A stretch of DNA of 64,000 nucleotides from an uncultured Desulfobacteraceae bacterium (GTDB lineage Bacteria > Desulfobacterota > Desulfobacteria > Desulfobacterales > UBA5852), in NCBI GenBank assembly GCA_942491115.1, contig CALNZV010000020.1, forward strand, positions 512,524 through 576,523. Reading direction: 5' to 3'. The notes beneath the pieces are model-generated. The model ran no database searches and was not told the DNA's origin. It saw only the letters and a program-made list of their open reading frames with translations. Within the stretch, counting starts at the first letter, position 1. Each line of letters opens with the position of its first letter. The position numbers were made by a program, and so were the translations under genes. Below, piece after piece: positions 36,741 to 47,238 of this stretch.

Positions 36741-38489
36741 TTAGGGGATACGGATGAAACACTGGTCCGAGTCGTCCAGGTCAAGGATGTCTTCCTGATC
36801 GTCGAGGGCGCTGGTGTCTCCGGACGCCAGGTAGTCCAGGGTGGCCTGCATTCTGGGGGTTGCCTTGGCGATAAAGACCCTGGCCACCTTTCGCTTCCGC
36901 TCGGACTTCAGCGCATCCATGCACAGCAGATAGGCCAGGGTGGTATCGATGGCCATTCCCACCATTCGGGCGGCGTGGTATTCTTGAAAAACGCTGTCCC
37001 GCCTGTCCTTAATGACGGAAACGGCCTTTTCCAATTGGGTGCGGAACTGCTGGGCGATGCCGAAAAGATCGGACACCGGCGAGAAGTCGACATCGTTTTC
37101 ATAGGTATTGAGACGCTCGAAGAGGGTACCGGCCACCACCCCGCCAACGGCCGCCACCACCTGAAGCTGTGTGGTGCCCTCGTAAATGTTGGTAATCCGG
37201 GCGTCCCGGTAGAGGCGCTCGACATCGAACTCCTTGGTGTAGCCCACGCCGCCATGGACTTGAATCGCTCGGTAGCAGACGCTGTTGGCCATCTCGCTGG
37301 CATAGGCCTTCACCATTGGCGTGAACAGGGCGGCCAACCGGTCGTAATGCCGTCCCGCCTCCCGGAGATCAGATGCCGACTCCGGATGAACTTGGGCCTT
37401 TTCTTCGATGCCCTCCTTGATGTCCACGATGCGGGAGGTTTCGTAGAGTAAAGTGCGGGCGGCTTCGAGTTCCACCTTCATGTCCGTCAACATCTCGGAG
37501 ATCGCCGTAAAATGCCGAATCGGTCGATTGAACTGCATCCGGTCCTTGGCATATTGGGCCGCTTCCCGATAGGCCGCCTCGCCGACACCGACCGCCTGGG
37601 CCGCCACGCCAAGCCGGGCCCCGTTCATGAGGCTAATGGTGTATTTGATAAGACCGAATTTCCGCTTGCCTAGTAGTTCGGCCTCCGCGTCGTTGAACTG
37701 CAACTCGCAGGTGGGCGATCCGTTGATGCCCAGCTTGTGCTCGATGCGGCGGATCGTCATCTTCTCGTCGCGCTCGTAGATATAGAGGGAAATGCCTCGG
37801 CCACCGGTGGATCCTACCTCCGAGCGGGCCATGACCAGGGAGACATCCGCACAACCGTTGGTGATGAACCGCTTGACACCACTCAACAGCCATTTGCCCC
37901 GGTCGTTCAGTCGGGCCTTCAGCATGACAGCCTGGAGGTCGGAACCGGCATCCGGCTCCGTCAGTGCCATGGCTCCCGACACCTCTCCCGAAGAAAACCG
38001 CGGCAGATAGCGTTTCCGCTGATCTTCGCTGCCGAATTTGTAGATGGTGTCCGCGATTTCCTGGAGTCCGAATAGATTCATGAGAGAAGCATCGGCCCGT
38101 GAAACGATCTCGGTGGCCATGGAGTAAATGGTTTTGGGCATGTTGAGCCCGCCGTAGCGTCTGGGCAGGGTGAACCCCATGAGCTCGGCCTTGGTGAGCC
38201 GGTCGATGGCCTCTTCCGTGCCCGGTGCCAGAATGACCTCGCCGTCCTTGAAACGGGCACCGACGGTGTCCACGTCCCGGGCACGGGGAGCGATGAAGCT
38301 GCCGGAAATTTCTCCGACGATGTCAAGGACGCGGTGATAGTTGTCGATGGCGTCCGCCAGATCTTTTGGGGCTTCGAGATAGTCGTCCTTGTCGGCGAAG
38401 CCGTCTTCCTTGAGCTCGACGACCCGGGACAGGTCCATCTGCTTCAGGTGAAAACCGATATCAGGGTTGTCGCGATAAAAATTCTCCAC
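36741..38489 (-). CDS. acyl-CoA dehydrogenase (long form with N- and C-terminal extensions)
   Basis: 582 aa (GTG start, GGGAGG RBS). ACAD core motifs (GAMALTEPDAGSDL, ITNG, QVHGGVGYTKEFDVERLYRDARITNIYEGT). Confidence 0.9.
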   Translation of the reverse strand: MENFYRDNPDIGFHLKQMDLSRVVELKEDGFADKDDYLEAPKDLADAIDNYHRVLDIVGEISGSFIAPRARDVDTVGARFKDGEVILAPGTEEAIDRLTKAELMGFTLPRRYGGLNMPKTIYSMATEIVSRADASLMNLFGLQEIADTIYKFGSEDQRKRYLPRFSSGEVSGAMALTEPDAGSDLQAVMLKARLNDRGKWLLSGVKRFITNGCADVSLVMARSEVGSTGGRGISLYIYERDEKMTIRRIEHKLGINGSPTCELQFNDAEAELLGKRKFGLIKYTISLMNGARLGVAAQAVGVGEAAYREAAQYAKDRMQFNRPIRHFTAISEMLTDMKVELEAARTLLYETSRIVDIKEGIEEKAQVHPESASDLREAGRHYDRLAALFTPMVKAYASEMANSVCYRAIQVHGGVGYTKEFDVERLYRDARITNIYEGTTQLQVVAAVGGVVAGTLFERLNTYENDVDFSPVSDLFGIAQQFRTQLEKAVSVIKDRRDSVFQEYHAARMVGMAIDTTLAYLLCMDALKSERKRKVARVFIAKATPRMQATLDYLASGDTSALDDQEDILDLDDSDQCFIRIP

Positions 38490-38501
38490 GAAGGCCTCCC
38501 C

Positions 38502-39509
38502 CTATAGCTTGGCTTTGTAAGCCTTGATCATCTTGGGAATCACGTCGGCCACATCGCCAACGATGCCGTAATGGGCAATGGTAAAGATAGGCGCCTCCGG
38601 ATCCTTGTTGATGGCAATGATCCGCTTCGCTTCCCCCATGCCGGCCCGGTGCTGAATCTGGCCGGAGATTCCGCAGGCGATGTAAAGGTTGGGCCGCACC
38701 GTGGTTCCCGTCTGGCCGACCTGGTGGGCTTTTGGCAAGATACCGGCATCAACGACCGGTCTCGAGGCACCCAGAGTGCCCCCGAGAGTCTTGGCCAGGG
38801 CCCGCGCCTGATCGACGGCATCAGCTGCCCCCATCCCAACGGAAACGATGATGTTAGCCGCCTTGAGGTTGACGCCTCTTTCTTCCCGAAGCACCTCGAG
38901 GACCTCGGTCATGAACGCCTCATCCGGCAGATCGCAGGGCTCCCTCACAATGTCCGTCGATCGCTCAGGGTCCGGATCGCTCAAGGGCATGACCCCCTCT
39001 CGGACGGTGGCCATGCTGGGCAGACTCTCCGGCGACACAATGGTGGCGATGATGTTGCCGCCGAAAGCCGGCCGGATCTGAAGAAGGGTCTTGGGGTAGA
39101 CCTTATCCTTGATCTTATGCTCTCCGATCTTCAAATCGGTACAGTCGGCCGTCAGTCCGCAGCGAAGCTCGGAAGCCACTCGTGGTGCGATGTCCCGTCC
39201 CGTAGTGGTGGCCCCGAACAGAACGATTTGAGGAAGGTATTTACGGATGACCTCGACCATGAGCCGGGCGTAGGGTACGGATGTAAAGTGGGCGAGCCTC
39301 GGATCGTCGATGTAGTATACCTTCCGGCATCCGTAATGGCCCAGCACCTCCAGGGAGGCTCCCATATCGTGGCCGATGACAACGGCCTCCGCCTGACCCC
39401 CGAGCTTCCTCGCCAATTCTTCGGCCTTGCAAACGAGTTCCAGACTCACGTCGGCGATCTGCTTGTCGGTTTGCTCGATAAACACCATCACATTGGGTTG
39501 TGCTTGCAT
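38502..39509 (-). CDS. etfA: electron transfer flavoprotein alpha subunit
   Basis: 335 aa from the ATG at 39509 (AGGAG RBS). The C-terminal FAD domain PNLYIACGISGQIQHRAGM is the EtfA signature. Confidence 0.9.
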   Translation of the reverse strand: MQAQPNVMVFIEQTDKQIADVSLELVCKAEELARKLGGQAEAVVIGHDMGASLEVLGHYGCRKVYYIDDPRLAHFTSVPYARLMVEVIRKYLPQIVLFGATTTGRDIAPRVASELRCGLTADCTDLKIGEHKIKDKVYPKTLLQIRPAFGGNIIATIVSPESLPSMATVREGVMPLSDPDPERSTDIVREPCDLPDEAFMTEVLEVLREERGVNLKAANIIVSVGMGAADAVDQARALAKTLGGTLGASRPVVDAGILPKAHQVGQTGTTVRPNLYIACGISGQIQHRAGMGEAKRIIAINKDPEAPIFTIAHYGIVGDVADVIPKMIKAYKAKL

Positions 39510-39522
39510 CGAAATCCCGCTC

Positions 39523-40392
39523 CTAACCAATGATATTGTCCTGCATCAACTCCTGGACCAATTCCGCCACCCCTTCACTGGAGTTGGGGATCTGCTGGAC
39601 GCCGCTGGCCGTCAACACCACGTTTTGTATCTTCTTCACCTTCGTTGGGGATCCTGACAATCCGCAGAAGCCATGGTCGGCGCCGATGGAGTCTACATTC
39701 CATTCCCGGATGTACTGGGTCACCGTGCACACCCCGGGATCCAAGTAGGCATCGTCGTATGAGCCGTCGCACTCCTTTCGGCCGATGTTCTTGTAGGCCA
39801 TCACCCGCTTGGCGCTGGGAGAGCGGGGCTCGTTGGCTTCCGCGGTCACCGTCATCAGAACGGGAAAACGGGAACGGACGATCTCCTGACCGCTTTCCAC
39901 CGCCCTCCGCGCGGTCACCGTATCTTCGGTGACCGCCTCGATCGCCGACACGCTTGTGATCTGATTGATACCCAATTTTTCGGCGATCTGGGGGCCGACC
40001 TGGGCTGTATCCCCGTCGATGGCCTGCCGCCCGCAGAAAATAATGTCGTAGTTTCCGATCTTCCGAATCGCGCAGGAGAGGGCATAGGAGGTGGCCAGGG
40101 TGTCCGCTCCGGCAAATCGGCGATCGGAAACCAGAATGACGTCGTCGGCCCCCCGAAACAGGCACTCTTTCAACACCTCGACCGCCGTCGGCGGCCCCAT
40201 GGAAATAGCCGTGATCCGCCCCCCCGCCGTCTCTTTCAATTTGAGGGCTTCCTCCAGAGCATTCAGGTCCTCCGGGTTGAAAATAGCCGGAAGGGCAGAC
40301 CGGTTGACGGTTCCGTCTTCCTTCATGGCGTCGCAGGTCACGTTGTGGGTGTCCGGCACCTGCTTGACCGTTACGATGATATCCAATCCCAT
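39523..40392 (-). CDS. etfB: electron transfer flavoprotein beta subunit
   Basis: 289 aa from the ATG at 40392 (GGTGGAGGA RBS). IIVTVKQVPDT...NPEDLNALEEALKLKE and FCGRQAIDGDTAQVGP are typical EtfB sequences. Confidence 0.9.
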   Translation of the reverse strand: MGLDIIVTVKQVPDTHNVTCDAMKEDGTVNRSALPAIFNPEDLNALEEALKLKETAGGRITAISMGPPTAVEVLKECLFRGADDVILVSDRRFAGADTLATSYALSCAIRKIGNYDIIFCGRQAIDGDTAQVGPQIAEKLGINQITSVSAIEAVTEDTVTARRAVESGQEIVRSRFPVLMTVTAEANEPRSPSAKRVMAYKNIGRKECDGSYDDAYLDPGVCTVTQYIREWNVDSIGADHGFCGLSGSPTKVKKIQNVVLTASGVQQIPNSSEGVAELVQELMQDNIIG

Positions 40393-40771
40393 GGAATCGT
40401 CCTCCACCTTCCAGAAAATAAAACAAGCCCAACCTGGGTCCTGAACGGATCATCCGGCTCGGAAGACGGAATCGGCGTCATTGGGAGATCCCCCCCAGGT
40501 CCATGGGCTTATTCGGAAATATTGCGATGTCTGATCGTGCCACTCACGATTTCCGCAGACACGCATACCCTTTTCCGAACCGGTTGTCAAACCATTCCTA
40601 GTAGTGCCGACGCCGAATTGATCCATTGTTATTCCTAATAATGTTAAATTATTGTCACTCCATTTTGACTTATCGTCAGTCAGATCAAATGAGTCATTTT
40701 CGGTGGGGTCACCTCCTCCCTCACGATCGTCTACAGAGACACAGATCCTCTCGATCCCATCCTCCGGGACT

Positions 40772-40799
40772 TTTACGGGAGCCAGCGACATGATATAAT
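40772..40799 (+). promoter_or_regulatory. candidate promoter with extended -10 (TTTACG-N16-TGATATAAT)
   Basis: -35-like TTTACG at 40772-40777. TGnTATAAT at 40791-40799. Located 47 nt upstream of the MBL gene ATG at 40846. Confidence 0.35.
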
Positions 40800-40845
40800 C
40801 CAAATGATGAAGGCTTTCCCTCCGCCACAGCAAAAGGCTCGGAAC

Positions 40846-41682
40846 ATGACCGTCCGCCTGACCATTCTCTGTGAAAACTCAGTCGCTGTCCCCTTCGGTG
40901 TCCTGGGCGAGCACGGATTCGCCTGCTATTTGGAAACCGGTGACGGCAACTACCTGTTCGACACCGGACAAGGCTTCGGCATCGTCAGGAATGCGAGGGT
41001 TCTCGACAGAGACCTCGCTGCCATTCGAACCATACTGCTCAGCCACGGTCACTACGACCACACCGGTGGCCTTCCGGCCGTTCTCGACATCCGGGGATCG
41101 GTGGAGGTGATGGGGCATCCGGAGATGTTCGCCCGCCGCATCTGGTCCGACGGAAAGGTCGAACGGGACATCGGTATTCCCTTTCACCGGAATGATCTCG
41201 AGTCCCTTGGCGCCCGGTTCCGTCTGGTGGCGGATTGGACCGAGGTGGGCCCCGGTGTCTACTTGACCGGCGAGATACCTCGGGAAACGCCTTTTGAAAA
41301 GGGGGATTACCGGATGATCCGGATCGGAGATGACGGTGGCCGAACCCAACCGGACCCCTTGGGGGACGATCTATCCCTCGTTGTGGATACTCCCAAGGGG
41401 CTCGTTCTCGTCCTGGGATGCGCCCACGCGGGAATGGTCAATATTGTGCGCCATGTGCAGCGTCGGTTTCCTTCAAAAAAGATCTACGGGATCATCGGCG
41501 GCACCCATCTCGGATTTTCAGACGACCATCAATTCGACGCCACCCTTGAGGTGATCGAAGAATTGGGCATCGAAAAAATTGGCGTCTCCCATTGCACCGG
41601 ACTGGCCAACGCCGCTGTACTCCACCACCGGCTGAAGGAGCGTTTTTTCTTTGGGGCTGTGGGCGCGGTTCTCGAGGTGTAG
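40846..41682 (+). CDS. MBL-fold metallo-hydrolase (COG1237-like)
   Basis: 278 aa from the ATG at 40846. LTILCENSV...EHGFACYLETGDGNYLFDTGQG...ILLSHGHYDHTGGL (HxHxDH motif). Confidence 0.8.
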   Translation: MTVRLTILCENSVAVPFGVLGEHGFACYLETGDGNYLFDTGQGFGIVRNARVLDRDLAAIRTILLSHGHYDHTGGLPAVLDIRGSVEVMGHPEMFARRIWSDGKVERDIGIPFHRNDLESLGARFRLVADWTEVGPGVYLTGEIPRETPFEKGDYRMIRIGDDGGRTQPDPLGDDLSLVVDTPKGLVLVLGCAHAGMVNIVRHVQRRFPSKKIYGIIGGTHLGFSDDHQFDATLEVIEELGIEKIGVSHCTGLANAAVLHHRLKERFFFGAVGAVLEV

Positions 41683-41840
41683 GGGGCATCCCAGGGATGC
41701 ACGCCGTCAAATGAGCCTTCCCCCACTCCGGAAAGGGTAATGAACCGGGAAACCCGCTGATCCCCGACGGGGTCGTTGACGGCCCCTCGGTTGGTGCTTA
41801 ACAAGTGATCATACGCGCCACCGATATCCTATGGAAACCC

Positions 41841-42350
41841 ATGGATTTTCTCACCCTGACATCCCTGATGGCCTTGTTCATGATCTCCCCGACTGTCGCT
41901 GGAGCGGAAACGGACAGGCAGCCCTTGACGGCGGACAAAGTGGTGGTCAGGAAGGCTGACCGTCAGCTGCTTTTGATGCGTGATGGGCAAGTGCTTTTGG
42001 GCTTCGTCATCGCCTTGGGTGACGAGCCGATGGGTCACAAGCAGGCGGAGGGGGACTGGCGAACGCCGGAAGGCACCTATACTATCGACTGGCGGAATCC
42101 TGAAAGCCGATTTTACAAAGCGCTTCACATATCCTACCCCAATGCCGCCGATCGGCAGAGAGCCCAGAAGGAATGGGAAGATCCTGGCGGAATGATTATG
42201 ATTCACGGGATGCCGGCCGAGGCCGGTTCCAAGCCAGAGAAATACGCCGGAAAGGACTGGACGAACGGATGTATCGCCGTGACCAATGCCGCCATGGACA
42301 TCATCTGGTCCGCCGTCCCCGACGGGACCCCCATCGATATTCTGCCCTGA
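41841..42350 (+). CDS. L,D-transpeptidase-fold protein (YkuD domain, YafK-like)
   Basis: 169 aa. Signal peptide. YkuD catalytic region MIMIHGMP...DWTNGCIAVTNAAMD (His ... Cys). Confidence 0.8.
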   Translation: MDFLTLTSLMALFMISPTVAGAETDRQPLTADKVVVRKADRQLLLMRDGQVLLGFVIALGDEPMGHKQAEGDWRTPEGTYTIDWRNPESRFYKALHISYPNAADRQRAQKEWEDPGGMIMIHGMPAEAGSKPEKYAGKDWTNGCIAVTNAAMDIIWSAVPDGTPIDILP

Positions 42351-42365
42351 GTCCATACCGACGGT

Positions 42366-44045
42366 TCAGGGCACTAAATAGCTGCGCCAGTGAACGACGG
42401 GGCCGTTTAAGCCATCCAGCAGCTTGTCGTCCCGATCGTAGATATCCTCCCGAAAGATGACCGACCCCTCCCGGTCGACGCCGACCGTTCCGTAATTCAA
42501 GACGATCGGCAGCGGTTTTTGGAGATGAAATCTCAGGGTTGCCCCGGAGGCCAGGGCCTCCATCAGAGAATCGCCATCGCCGCCATCTTCCTGCAGGATC
42601 AATCTGGCAAGCTCAAAGGGACGTTCAACCCGGATGCATCCGGCACTGAGGGCTCGTTTTTCCTCTTCAAACTCCCCTTTGTCCGGCGTATCGTGCATAA
42701 ACACATAGTAGGGGTTCGGAAAGATAAACTTGATCCGCCCGAGGGGATTCTCGGGGCCTGGCGCCTGGACCAGCTTGTAAGGCAGGGAGAGTGCGCTGTA
42801 TCTCGTCCACCGGATGCTTTCCGTGGCGACCGGTCTTCCGTTGAGATCGACCACCCGGAGCTGCTTTTTCTTCAGATAGCCGGGATTTTCTTTAATTCCC
42901 GGCAGGACATCCCGGTCCAATATACCCGGCGGTACGGTCCATGTCGGATTGACCTCCATATAGCGGATCGCCGACTGAAAGACCGGTGTGTGGCGGTAGG
43001 GATCGCCCACCTGTGCCCTGGCCGTCCAGGCCGTTCGCTCGTCCTTGATAAAGCGGACACGAAAATCGGCAATGTCCACGGCGACGAACCGCTCAGGAAC
43101 GTCCCTGAGCACCCATCGGGCTCGCTCCAGGTTGACTCGGATCCGGTCGATCCAGTACTCGACCGGCAAGTTCAGCATATCGAGGGTGTCTTCACCGACA
43201 GCCCCCTCGTAGTCATCGGCCCCGGGTGCATAGATATCGATACGGTGGCGCTTCTGAAACCGGGCGACCGCGCTGGCGAGGTCGTCGTCGTATCGGTCGG
43301 AGGCCGTCGACCATTGCCCTAAATCCCCCGATGCCGCCAGTCGCCGCCGAAGCTGCCGAACCGCCTCGCCTTGCATTCCCCGCTCAAGGAAGGTGCCGTC
43401 AGGAATCCGTTCCCATGGACCCGCCGACGCCATCCCACGGTAGTTCGACAGGGCCGCCCTGAGTTGCCGGTATAGGGGATGTAAGGGCCTGAGGCCCTCG
43501 ATGAATACCGATACCGTTCCGGCCTCCACCTGCAATTCGAGGAGATCGGCCGCCTCCTTGTTCTTTATGGTTCGCCAAAACCGCCATTCGGGATGCATGG
43601 ATCTCGGATTCACTTTCCCGAAATAGATGTGAAAGGCCAAGCGTATAAGGCTGTCGGTCAGCAGAATATCGAGATCGGCCGATTCCTCCGATGTCAGGGC
43701 GCGGGCCATCGACCGTTTTCTGAAAGATTGAATCTGGAGAAGGTGGTAGTCGTAAGGGTTGAGACCGTCTTGATCGATCGACCTTACGGTCGCGAGCAGT
43801 TGGGGGGCAGACCGGGGATTTTGCCACAAGGCTCGAAACTGCCGTTTTCTGTAGAGTGCCGGCAGGGCCCTGGTGGATTCGATCGAGGCGTGGCCGATCA
43901 GGAGGTTCCCTGACGTCTCCAACTGGGAGATCCGGTTCCGGATCCAGGGAGAGAGGTTGTCGGAAATTCGGGAGGCCGCCGGGAGGCCGGCAGGCAACAC
44001 CAGTATCACAGCGGCGATAAGAAGCAATAGAGAACATCGTCTCAT
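42366..44045 (-). CDS. L,D-transpeptidase family protein (YcbB/LdtD-like, with PG-binding domain)
   Basis: 559 aa from the ATG at 44045. Signal MRRCSLLLLIAAVILVLPAG. PG-binding-like LRRRLAASGDL...LASAVARFQKRH. Catalytic region YVFMHDTPDKGEF...LSAGCIRVE. Confidence 0.8.
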   Translation of the reverse strand: MRRCSLLLLIAAVILVLPAGLPAASRISDNLSPWIRNRISQLETSGNLLIGHASIESTRALPALYRKRQFRALWQNPRSAPQLLATVRSIDQDGLNPYDYHLLQIQSFRKRSMARALTSEESADLDILLTDSLIRLAFHIYFGKVNPRSMHPEWRFWRTIKNKEAADLLELQVEAGTVSVFIEGLRPLHPLYRQLRAALSNYRGMASAGPWERIPDGTFLERGMQGEAVRQLRRRLAASGDLGQWSTASDRYDDDLASAVARFQKRHRIDIYAPGADDYEGAVGEDTLDMLNLPVEYWIDRIRVNLERARWVLRDVPERFVAVDIADFRVRFIKDERTAWTARAQVGDPYRHTPVFQSAIRYMEVNPTWTVPPGILDRDVLPGIKENPGYLKKKQLRVVDLNGRPVATESIRWTRYSALSLPYKLVQAPGPENPLGRIKFIFPNPYYVFMHDTPDKGEFEEEKRALSAGCIRVERPFELARLILQEDGGDGDSLMEALASGATLRFHLQKPLPIVLNYGTVGVDREGSVIFREDIYDRDDKLLDGLNGPVVHWRSYLVP

Positions 44046-44209
44046 GGGTATCGATCGATTCGTCGGTGGAAAGACGCCGCTACCTTCGGTCGGTTGGCTT
44101 CCATCGAAGAGACATCCGATGGGAGCTAAAGGCGTCAGGAAGGCCGGCGGTTCGGTCGGTATCATTTTACTCCAATGTCAATCAAGGGGTCAATTCAGGG
44201 CGTCTCGGG

Positions 44210-45730
44210 TCAGATGCCGGCCAGTTCTCGGTTAAGGCGCCGCCAAATTTGTCGATGATCCGCCACCCGACACGGCCGGGCCAGTTCCTCCAGCACTTCG
44301 GACACATAGCGCTCCCGCCGCATGCCCACCAGGGCACAAGTCACTCCGTCTGTGCACCGAAGGGCTCTGAGAGCGGTCTGGCTGAGAGGCATGCCGAGGG
44401 GCGCCCAGTCCGGAACCACCTCCCGAACAGCCTCCCGGACGGTGCGGCAGACTTGGGAGGATGCCGCCGCAGCTCGGGAGGCCAGGCCGTCAAATAGGGC
44501 CTCGGCAAGGGTTCCGTGGGACGTCATCCAGTCCTGTTCAGCCGGCGAGGCCCCCATTTTCTGGAGGAGCCCAAAGACGCCACGGATGCGGGGCTCAAGA
44601 AATGTATTGCGGAGATGCTGCCACGCTACCAGGGACTCGATTCCATCCTTGTGGTGGCGCAGGTAGGCCCCCACCCCAATCTGCTCGGAGAGCCGCGCCT
44701 TGATGCGGGAATCCAAATCTCGGGCGGGAAGAAGGGATTGGATCAGTTGCGCTTCGGACGCCAACAGGTGATCGATCCGCCGGTCGATCTCCTTCGAGGT
44801 TTCAGGAGCCGCTGCGGGAACCTCGGCCAGGCGTATCAGGCGCCCCCGGCTCAGGGCATTCAATGGTCGGTTCACCAGCACCCCAAGCCCCAGATCCTGG
44901 GCAGCCTCAAGCAGGGTGGCACCGCTGGGCTGATTGTTTTCAAGGACCGATCCGGATTCGAACAGATTCATGGGAAATTGGATGATCCGCAGATGATGGT
45001 TGGAAGAAACATCCTGGGCTGCCTCCAGAAGACTCTCTAGGTTGGTGAATTGGGCATCGTCCGCAGCGGTAGGGAAGGTATTGGAGCTGATGCCGTAGCT
45101 TCGGATCCGTCCCCTGGCCACCTCCCCCTCCAAATACTCGAGTGCCACTCTCAATCGCCGAAGGTATTCGGTCCGGGCGGTCTCGAGATCGATGGAACGG
45201 CGGGCCGCCCATCCCAGATAATACTCAGGATTGTGCAGGAGGTAACCGTCCAGGGTTTGGAGCCCCAGTCGCCGGAGGGAACGAGTCAGCTGATCTTCAA
45301 GAAACACCGGATGGATGCAGTGCTCGAGCCCCTGGACAACCGTTATTAGGTCCTCGAAAGGTCGCCCCTGGCGTTTCCTTTCCTGGCTCAACGCAAAATT
45401 TCTGCCCTGAAGGTAGCCTGCCTTCGATACCACAAAGAGCGAGGCCCTTGTTATGCCGCCGCGCTCGATTTCGGTTGCAAGCACATGTCCGATCAGCGCC
45501 TCGGAGCCCCCGTCCCCGTAATTGGCGCTGGTGTCGATGAGGTTGATGCCGCCCCTGATGGCGGCCCGCAAGGCAGCGTCGTGCCGGATATTTCCCTGAT
45601 CGATGCGGTACCCTCCGAACCCCGCCTGACTAATGAGAGGACCGGATTCGTATACCGGTCGATAGCAACGCCCGGGTAAGGTCTTCGATATCGATGCCGT
45701 TTCATTCACGGACGCATACCCATTGATCAT
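44210..45730 (-). CDS. aldo/keto reductase with long C-terminal extension
   Basis: 506 aa. GFGGYRI...INLIDTSANYGDGGSEALIG and LHNPEYY are AKR motifs. The C-terminal ~180 aa has no assigned domain. Confidence 0.8.
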   Translation of the reverse strand: MINGYASVNETASISKTLPGRCYRPVYESGPLISQAGFGGYRIDQGNIRHDAALRAAIRGGINLIDTSANYGDGGSEALIGHVLATEIERGGITRASLFVVSKAGYLQGRNFALSQERKRQGRPFEDLITVVQGLEHCIHPVFLEDQLTRSLRRLGLQTLDGYLLHNPEYYLGWAARRSIDLETARTEYLRRLRVALEYLEGEVARGRIRSYGISSNTFPTAADDAQFTNLESLLEAAQDVSSNHHLRIIQFPMNLFESGSVLENNQPSGATLLEAAQDLGLGVLVNRPLNALSRGRLIRLAEVPAAAPETSKEIDRRIDHLLASEAQLIQSLLPARDLDSRIKARLSEQIGVGAYLRHHKDGIESLVAWQHLRNTFLEPRIRGVFGLLQKMGASPAEQDWMTSHGTLAEALFDGLASRAAAASSQVCRTVREAVREVVPDWAPLGMPLSQTALRALRCTDGVTCALVGMRRERYVSEVLEELARPCRVADHRQIWRRLNRELAGI

Positions 45731-46020
45731 GACACGACTCCCTGGCGGACAAAGGCGTTGCCCCTGTCCTTTCGCTGATAGTAACCGACCGTTCGTTATA
45801 TGGGGACCGATGGATTCAGCCGGAAAGAGTAAGGCCGGGTCGACGACGATTCAAGGGATCGACCCATGATTTAAGCCCAGAAAACGGGCGTTCCATGGCC
45901 AAGGGTGGCTTTGAGAAAATGGCGCCGTCATGCTAAGAAGGCAGACTGCCGGTTTCTCATAGAATGGTCTGACCCCCTATTCAGAGCGCTACCCTGGCCG
46001 GAACCGAAGGGATCCACCCT

Positions 46021-47238
46021 ATGGAATTGCCCCCCGACATCCAGAAGTTGCGGCAGCAGCTCCGCCGATTGGAAGCGGCGACCACGGAAAGCCAACGACG
46101 ATACCATGCGCTGCTAAAGGCCATCCCCCTCATGATGCATGCCCTTGACGCCCAAGGTCGAATCATCGATGTCAGCAACTGCTGGCTCAATCGGATGGGC
46201 TACGAACGCCGGTCGGTTCTCGGTCGGTATTTCGGTGAATTCGTGGCCCCTGAACACCGTCGGTATATCGTCGAGGGGCTTCTAACGGTTCTGCCCGAAG
46301 CACCCGGTCGAAGGGAAGACGTCTACCCCTTGGTCACCGGGGATGGCCGGCGTCTCGATATTCCGATGACAGTGGATGTGGAAAAAGAACCCAGGGGGCA
46401 GTCATCGGATGTGCTCATCTTTCTGGAAGTCCCCGACTGCAGTCAGGACGCGGTGGAAGAAAATACCATGCTGCATCAGCGTCTTCAAATGCTCCACAAA
46501 ATGGAAGCGATCACCACCCTTGCCGGTGGCATCGCCCATCAGTTCAACAACAACCTATCGGTGATCACCGGCCATTTGGACCTTCTTGAAATGGACAGCA
46601 ACGAAGACGAGGGATTCATGGTCAATGCCGCCCCAATGCGGGGAGCCGCCCGCCGGATGTCTCAGCTCACGGAACAACTGCTTGCCTATGCCAGGGGTGG
46701 GCGATACGGGGCCTTTGCCATACCCGGCGCCAAATTTGTCCATGACGCCCTCGCCCTCCTTCGACACAGCCTCCCTGACCATATCCGGCTCGAAACCCGT
46801 ATCGAGAACGGAACCGGCAGCATTCACATTGACGTCACCCAGATGCAGACGGCTTTGGCGGCAATCGTTTCCAACGCCTTAGAGGCCATGCCTGCAGGGG
46901 GGACCATCAGGCTAACCTGCTGCAATCGATTGGTGTCGCCCCAGGAGGTGAGCACCCGACCGGGGATGCGACCCGGCAAGTATGTACTGATTTCGGTAGC
47001 GGATACCGGAGAGGGTATGGACGAAGAGGTCCGGCAGCGGCTCTTCGATCCGTTCTTTTCAACGAAACAGATCGGACGCGGTCTTGGCATGGCCGCCGTC
47101 TACGGGACCATAAAGAGCCATGGGGGATGGATCGGCGTGGAGTCGCCCCCCGGTGAGGGAGCGTGTATTCGTCTCTATCTCCCTGTTATAGAGCCCCTGC
47201 CTCGAGGACGAAAGGCCGCTGGCAACCCGCGGCCGTGA
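46021..47238 (+). CDS. PAS-domain sensor histidine kinase
   Basis: 405 aa. N-terminal coiled coil plus PAS. H-box AHQFNNNLSVITG. ATPase motifs DTGEGMDEE and GRGLGMAAVYG. Confidence 0.85.
   Translation: MELPPDIQKLRQQLRRLEAATTESQRRYHALLKAIPLMMHALDAQGRIIDVSNCWLNRMGYERRSVLGRYFGEFVAPEHRRYIVEGLLTVLPEAPGRREDVYPLVTGDGRRLDIPMTVDVEKEPRGQSSDVLIFLEVPDCSQDAVEENTMLHQRLQMLHKMEAITTLAGGIAHQFNNNLSVITGHLDLLEMDSNEDEGFMVNAAPMRGAARRMSQLTEQLLAYARGGRYGAFAIPGAKFVHDALALLRHSLPDHIRLETRIENGTGSIHIDVTQMQTALAAIVSNALEAMPAGGTIRLTCCNRLVSPQEVSTRPGMRPGKYVLISVADTGEGMDEEVRQRLFDPFFSTKQIGRGLGMAAVYGTIKSHGGWIGVESPPGEGACIRLYLPVIEPLPRGRKAAGNPRP

Noticed and set aside
38571-39533. 320-aa + strand ORF antisense to etfA (similar cases: 9911-10732, 29365-30186, 31869-32759, 50384-51112, 61279-62004)
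   Set aside because: All are antisense to genes with strong family motifs and good RBSs. All have biased Arg/Gly/Pro/His composition and lack recognisable domains.
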